A stretch of 32,589 nucleotides of DNA from Candidatus Aenigmatarchaeota archaeon (GTDB taxonomy: Archaea > Aenigmatarchaeota > Aenigmatarchaeia > CG10238-14 > SCSR01). The notes under the pieces are model-generated. The model did no database searches, was not told where the DNA came from, and saw nothing but the letters and a program-made list of their open reading frames with translations. This document shows positions 28,424-32,589 of the stretch, piece after piece. The position numbers and the translations under genes were made by a program. The DNA lies in assembly GCA_039000165.1 (NCBI GenBank), contig JAWBTW010000008.1:1-32589 (forward strand), written 5' to 3'. Position 1 is the first letter of the stretch. Each line of letters opens with the position of its first letter.

Positions 28424-28840
28424 GTGGAAGATTTAGAAATAGCTAAGCAAACGATGAAAGAAAAAAATTTAGCTTTAGTCTTTGTTAAAGATAGTAAAGT
28501 TATTTTTGAAAGTAGTTCAAGTGGAATAAAAGATTTGTTAAAAGCTGTTACAGAATTTGATGTTAAAGCTTCGAGTGTTGCTGATAAAATAGTTGGAAAA
28601 GCTGCAGCTTTTCTTCTTGCTTTTTCTCAAGTGAAAGATGTTTTTGCCAAGGTTTTAAGTAAGCATGGTTTAGAAGTTTTAAAGGAAAATAGAATTCCCT
28701 ACGAGTATGAGACCTTAGCGGAAAGGATTCTCAATAAAAATAAAACAGAAACTTGTCCTTTTGAAAAAGCTGTCGAAAAATGTAAAACTCCGGAAGAAGC
28801 TTTTTTCAAGCTAACCAAACTTTTTGAAAAAATTTCCTAG
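28424..28840 (+). CDS. DUF1893 (TM1506-like) protein
   Basis: VADKIVGKAAA, I.N.....CPFE motifs; GTG at 28424 chosen as start. Confidence 0.85.
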   Translation: MEDLEIAKQTMKEKNLALVFVKDSKVIFESSSSGIKDLLKAVTEFDVKASSVADKIVGKAAAFLLAFSQVKDVFAKVLSKHGLEVLKENRIPYEYETLAERILNKNKTETCPFEKAVEKCKTPEEAFFKLTKLFEKIS

Positions 28841-29856
28841 CCTGGAAAAGTTATATCCTCTTCCTTATCTATGAACTCTATTCTCATTTTTTTGTTCAAA
28901 ACAGAAACTTTCGGCTTTTCCAAAACTTCAAACCTGAATAAAGCTGATTTGTACCAGTTAATTCCTTTATTTTCAGGGACTTTGAAAGGAAGCTTTTTAA
29001 CAAAATTCTCATAACTTAAATCTCCATAAATAGTGGGATAGACTGAAAAGCCAGCTATCAAATCTGTTATCACGCAGTTCATCCTTGTTAAGAATTTTTC
29101 AATTTCCAACCATTTTTTGAGAGAAGCTTCAGCATGAGTTAAACCGAAATATCCTGAAGAATTCTTCTTTAAAGCAGAAACTCCGCGCAAGATGAAAGCC
29201 TTAAGTCCGGTAAGCGTTTCTAAAGGTTCTGAAGAGAAAACATCAAACTTTCCTAAAAACTTTTTTGGTAAAGGTTCTTCAACGTTATATTCTTGAAACT
29301 CTATATCGAGTTTATACTTCTTGCTAACCTTTTCCACGAAACTTCCTATTCTTTCATCAATATCCAAAACAAGAATTCTTGAAGGTAAACTTGTAAGAGC
29401 TAAGGCTATGCTAAGCAAATCATCATCGCCTATTAAAATGATTTTCTTCTTGTCCAGGTCGTTGTTATAATGCATGAAAGCAACTCTTGTTATTACGTCA
29501 AACTCTTGCATATAGCCTTGAAAGAACTTTTCTGTTGGTAAAGGCCTTCCCTTTACGATTTTCTTGTATTCTTTAAGGAGTTCTTTGAGTTTTTTGTTTA
29601 AAACTATTCTTTTCCCTAGACATTTATGGCAAAGTTCAGGCTTAAGGGCTAAACCTTTTTTATTAATCAGTTTTTTCCCGCTTTTTGTGAGAACTATTTT
29701 CCTCTCTTTACTTTCTATTAAGCCATTTTTGTAAAGTTTTCTTAAGGTATCGATAGAATCTTTAAGCAAGAAATCTGACTTTTCAAGGATTTCCCATAAG
29801 CTCTTGGGAGATTCTGCTACTTCATTCAAAATTTTTGCTTTTATTCTTTCCATCAT
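28837..29856 (-). CDS. bpsA: N4-bis(aminopropyl)spermidine synthase (branched-chain polyamine synthase)
   Basis: GDDDLLS, LDIDER, RP....FFQG, PLET..GLKAF; coupled to speD. Confidence 0.92.
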   Translation of the reverse strand: MMERIKAKILNEVAESPKSLWEILEKSDFLLKDSIDTLRKLYKNGLIESKERKIVLTKSGKKLINKKGLALKPELCHKCLGKRIVLNKKLKELLKEYKKIVKGRPLPTEKFFQGYMQEFDVITRVAFMHYNNDLDKKKIILIGDDDLLSIALALTSLPSRILVLDIDERIGSFVEKVSKKYKLDIEFQEYNVEEPLPKKFLGKFDVFSSEPLETLTGLKAFILRGVSALKKNSSGYFGLTHAEASLKKWLEIEKFLTRMNCVITDLIAGFSVYPTIYGDLSYENFVKKLPFKVPENKGINWYKSALFRFEVLEKPKVSVLNKKMRIEFIDKEEDITFPG

Positions 29857-30188
29857 CCATACCTCCTTATTATCTTCTTTTTTATCTTCTTTGGTTCGAA
29901 TTTTTTGACTAGCAACTCAAAAGCTTTAAGAGCACTTTTTTCATTTCCGCAAGTAAAAATGTCTAGAGCCACATAACCAAGTTCAGGCCAGGTGTGAATA
30001 CTTAAATGAGATTCCCTTAAAAGATAAACAGCAGAAACACCAAAAGGTTTAAACTGGTGGAAACTTGAGGAGACAACTTTTAAGCCAGCTTTAGAAATAA
30101 CACTATCCAAAATTTTTTTAACAGGTTTTACTTTCGAGATTTTTTCTGGCTTTACCCCCATGAACTCGACGATAAGGTGAATACTCAT
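29853..30188 (-). CDS. speD: S-adenosylmethionine decarboxylase proenzyme
   Basis: HQF.P.GVS...LL.ESHLSIHTWPE..Y.ALDIFTCG; ATG at 30188 (or 30191) after AGGTG SD. Confidence 0.9.
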   Translation of the reverse strand: MSIHLIVEFMGVKPEKISKVKPVKKILDSVISKAGLKVVSSSFHQFKPFGVSAVYLLRESHLSIHTWPELGYVALDIFTCGNEKSALKAFELLVKKFEPKKIKKKIIRRYG

Positions 30189-30191
30189 CAT

Positions 30192-30250
30192 ACCCACCTT
30201 TACCGTCGAATCCTGGGAAGCAGATTTTACTGCCCACGGCAGACAACACC
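30192..30250 (-). promoter_or_regulatory. GC-rich structured 5' leader of speD-bpsA
   Basis: UGCCGU/ACGGUA stem enclosing GGGCAG-UAAAAU-CUG(CUU)CCC hairpin; BRE/TATA-like CGAAAAAAATTTATTTT at 30274-30290. Confidence 0.5.
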
Positions 30251-30330
30251 TATTTCTTAATAATTATAAAGGAAAAATAAATTTTTTTCGCCTATAAACT
30301 TTAAAAATAATCTCAAATTAAGGATTAAGT

Positions 30331-32589
30331 ATGATGGAATTTGAATATAAGGGACTTTGTCCGAATTGCGGAAATACTATAACTTCTGAAAGACTGGAAA
30401 GAGGCTTGCCCTGCGAAATTTGCTTGCCAGAGCGTTCGAAAGAAATGAGAGAAGGTTTTCTTACTAAATTAGCTTTGAGAAACAAAAATCTGGAAGAAAT
30501 CGAGAAAATTTTTCAGAAAATTTTGAAAACTGACATGTGGGCTTTGCAAAGGTTCTGGGCAAGAAGGTTTTTGGAAGGAGAAAGTTTTGCTTTGATCGCT
30601 CCCACAGGAAGCGGAAAGACTACTATGCAAGTTATACTAAGCTTGTACGCTTCCTCAAAGATGAACAAAAGATGTTTAATAATTTTACCAACAAGCATCC
30701 TTGTTCATCAAGTCAGTCAGAAATTGATTAATTTTAAAGAAACTCTTAACCTAAACACAGAAATAGCATTTTACCATAGCATGCTAACAAAAAAAGAGAG
30801 AGAAGAACAGCTTAAAAAAATGGCAAAAGCTCACATAATAGTTACTACCCACTTAAGCATAATGAAAAAGGAAGAAATAAACTCACAAAACGTTGATTTA
30901 GTTTTTGTCGATGACGTTGACAGTTTTCTTAAGAGAAGTAAAAGCGTTATGTATGTTTTTAAAATGCTAAAACTGCCAAGAAAAATTAAGAACATAATCC
31001 TAAAAATTTATGAAAAGAAAATTGAACTAAAAGATGCTTTACAAAAAATAGAAAAAATGAAAAGTGAAGAAGAAATTAAGTGTCAAGTTATAGTAAGTGG
31101 TGCCACGCCCAAAGGAAAAAGAACTAGAAGCATTCTTATTTTGGCCAGACTTTTTGGTTTTACACTTGGAGGTAAAGTTGAATTTGGAAGAAAAATCTTA
31201 GATTCTTACCTTCAGCCAAAAAGACCTTTGGAAGAAGAGGTTGTAGAAATAATCAAAAAAGTTGGAGGTGGGGCTTTAATTTTTGTCCCTACCGATAAAG
31301 GAAGTGAGTTTGTAGAAAGTTTAGAGAAATATCTACAAGAAAAAAGCATAAAAGCAAGAGCTTTTCTCAAGCCAAACAAAAAATACTTTGAAATGTTTGA
31401 TAAAGGCGAGCTAGATTGTTTAATAGGAATGGCAACTCTAAGAAGTCCATTAGTTAGAGGAATAGATTTGCCACATAGAATAAGGTACGCTGTTTTTGTG
31501 GGCGTTCCAAAGTTTTTGATAAGAATTAACCTTCAAGAGTTTCATCCTACAAAATGGCTTATGCTTTTGAACAACATTTCCCATGCAATAGGAGAAGATT
31601 ATAAGAAAGAATTTGAGGTTTTAGTTCAGAAGTTGGCTAAAATCAAAACTCTAACCTTAGAACAGTTGAAAATTGTTAGGGAGGCTTTGAAAGAGAATAA
31701 GAAATTGGAAGGTTTTCTTGAATATATAAGAGAAGTTGCCTTAAAAGGAATGGAATTTTTTCAAAAAATACTTAATAATCAAAATGTACTCAAAGCCTTA
31801 AAAGAATCTCCTACCATATCCTTTGGGTTTGAAAAAGACGAATATTATTTTTTGGTAGTTGACGAGGTTGCTTACATTCAAGCAAGCGGAAGAACTAGTA
31901 GACTTTACATAGCAGGCCTAACAAAAGGGCTAAGCATTGTGATTATAGACGATGAAAAAGCATTTAATAACCTTAAAAAAGAGCTTGGCTATCTTGAAGA
32001 AATAGAGTGGAAAAATTTTGAAGAGGTTGACTTGCCTTCTTTGATAAGGGAAATAGATAAAGATAGGGAAAACGTCTTGCTAGCACAAGAAGGTAAGCTT
32101 AAGGTTGAGGAAAAAGTTTCTCTTTCTACTATTCTTTTCATAGTGGAATCGCCGAACAAAGCAAGGACTATAGCAAGGTACTTTGGAAGACCTTTCAGAA
32201 AAACTGTAGAAGACCTGAAAACTTTCGAAGTTTTTATCGAGAATTCTTTAGCTATAATAACGGCAAGCAAAGGCCACATTACTGATTTAGATTTGGTTGA
32301 AGGTTTGTTTGGAGTTAAAGTTAACAATGAGTTCGTTCCTGTTTATAGGGCAATTAAAAAATGTAGATATTGTGGAAAAGAAGTTGAAAATGATATTTGC
32401 TCTTTTTGCAATAGAAAAGATTTTGTTAGCTCTGAACCAAGAATTAAAGTTTTGAGAAAAATTGCAAGCTTAGTCGATAAAGTAGTAATAGGCACAGATC
32501 CTGATGCCGAAGGAGAGAAGATAGCTTTTGACTTGTATCTTTTGCTTAAACCTTTCAATCAAAACATCAAAAGAGCAAGGTTTCATGAA
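30331..32589 (+). CDS. rgy: Reverse gyrase (runs off window; not in ORF track)
   Basis: N-terminal Zn finger CPNC...RL..GLPCEIC, APTGSGKT, DDVD, YIQASGRTSR, Toprim IVESPNKARTIA and GTDPDAEGEKIA. Confidence 0.97.
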   Translation, partial: MMEFEYKGLCPNCGNTITSERLERGLPCEICLPERSKEMREGFLTKLALRNKNLEEIEKIFQKILKTDMWALQRFWARRFLEGESFALIAPTGSGKTTMQVILSLYASSKMNKRCLIILPTSILVHQVSQKLINFKETLNLNTEIAFYHSMLTKKEREEQLKKMAKAHIIVTTHLSIMKKEEINSQNVDLVFVDDVDSFLKRSKSVMYVFKMLKLPRKIKNIILKIYEKKIELKDALQKIEKMKSEEEIKCQVIVSGATPKGKRTRSILILARLFGFTLGGKVEFGRKILDSYLQPKRPLEEEVVEIIKKVGGGALIFVPTDKGSEFVESLEKYLQEKSIKARAFLKPNKKYFEMFDKGELDCLIGMATLRSPLVRGIDLPHRIRYAVFVGVPKFLIRINLQEFHPTKWLMLLNNISHAIGEDYKKEFEVLVQKLAKIKTLTLEQLKIVREALKENKKLEGFLEYIREVALKGMEFFQKILNNQNVLKALKESPTISFGFEKDEYYFLVVDEVAYIQASGRTSRLYIAGLTKGLSIVIIDDEKAFNNLKKELGYLEEIEWKNFEEVDLPSLIREIDKDRENVLLAQEGKLKVEEKVSLSTILFIVESPNKARTIARYFGRPFRKTVEDLKTFEVFIENSLAIITASKGHITDLDLVEGLFGVKVNNEFVPVYRAIKKCRYCGKEVENDICSFCNRKDFVSSEPRIKVLRKIASLVDKVVIGTDPDAEGEKIAFDLYLLLKPFNQNIKRARFHE

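Noticed and set aside
30513..32558. Short ORFs overlapping reverse gyrase, and similar antisense ORFs over other housekeeping genes
   Set aside because: Shadow frames of well-supported genes

Overview
AT-rich archaeal window from a probable thermophile (reverse gyrase, branched-chain polyamine synthase). The divergent, unlinked rRNA genes suggest a DPANN lineage, possibly Aenigmarchaeota-like (inference). It holds minus-strand 23S (~303-3545) and 16S (~6332-7881) genes, each with its own promoter and bulge-helix-bulge (BHB) processing stem, four tRNAs (Ala, His, intron-containing Met, Gly) and mostly housekeeping CDSs (adk, dys, argS, glmU, glmS, rpoK, rpoN, uS9, uL13, eL18, bpsA, speD, rgy). 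The main finding is in the RNA. Four short BHB introns in 23S, one in 16S and one in tRNA-Met are present. Most of them, plus two modules in the 23S leader, carry box C/D or K-loop motifs next to antisense elements complementary to this organism's own rRNA/tRNA. By the D-box+5 rule these point to G2251 (P-loop), U2552 (A-loop), C1920 (H69) and tRNA-Met C34, all known 2'-O-methylation sites elsewhere, plus further 16S/23S positions. This suggests a self-guided methylation system built into the discarded parts of pre-rRNA and pre-tRNA. The peptidyl-transferase centre is unusually divergent and the guides match the divergent bases. Other candidates: an AEP-primase-like protein, a KaiC-like/PaaK-like/V4R/methyltransferase cassette and a structured 5' leader on speD. 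All E. coli-equivalent numbering was aligned by eye.
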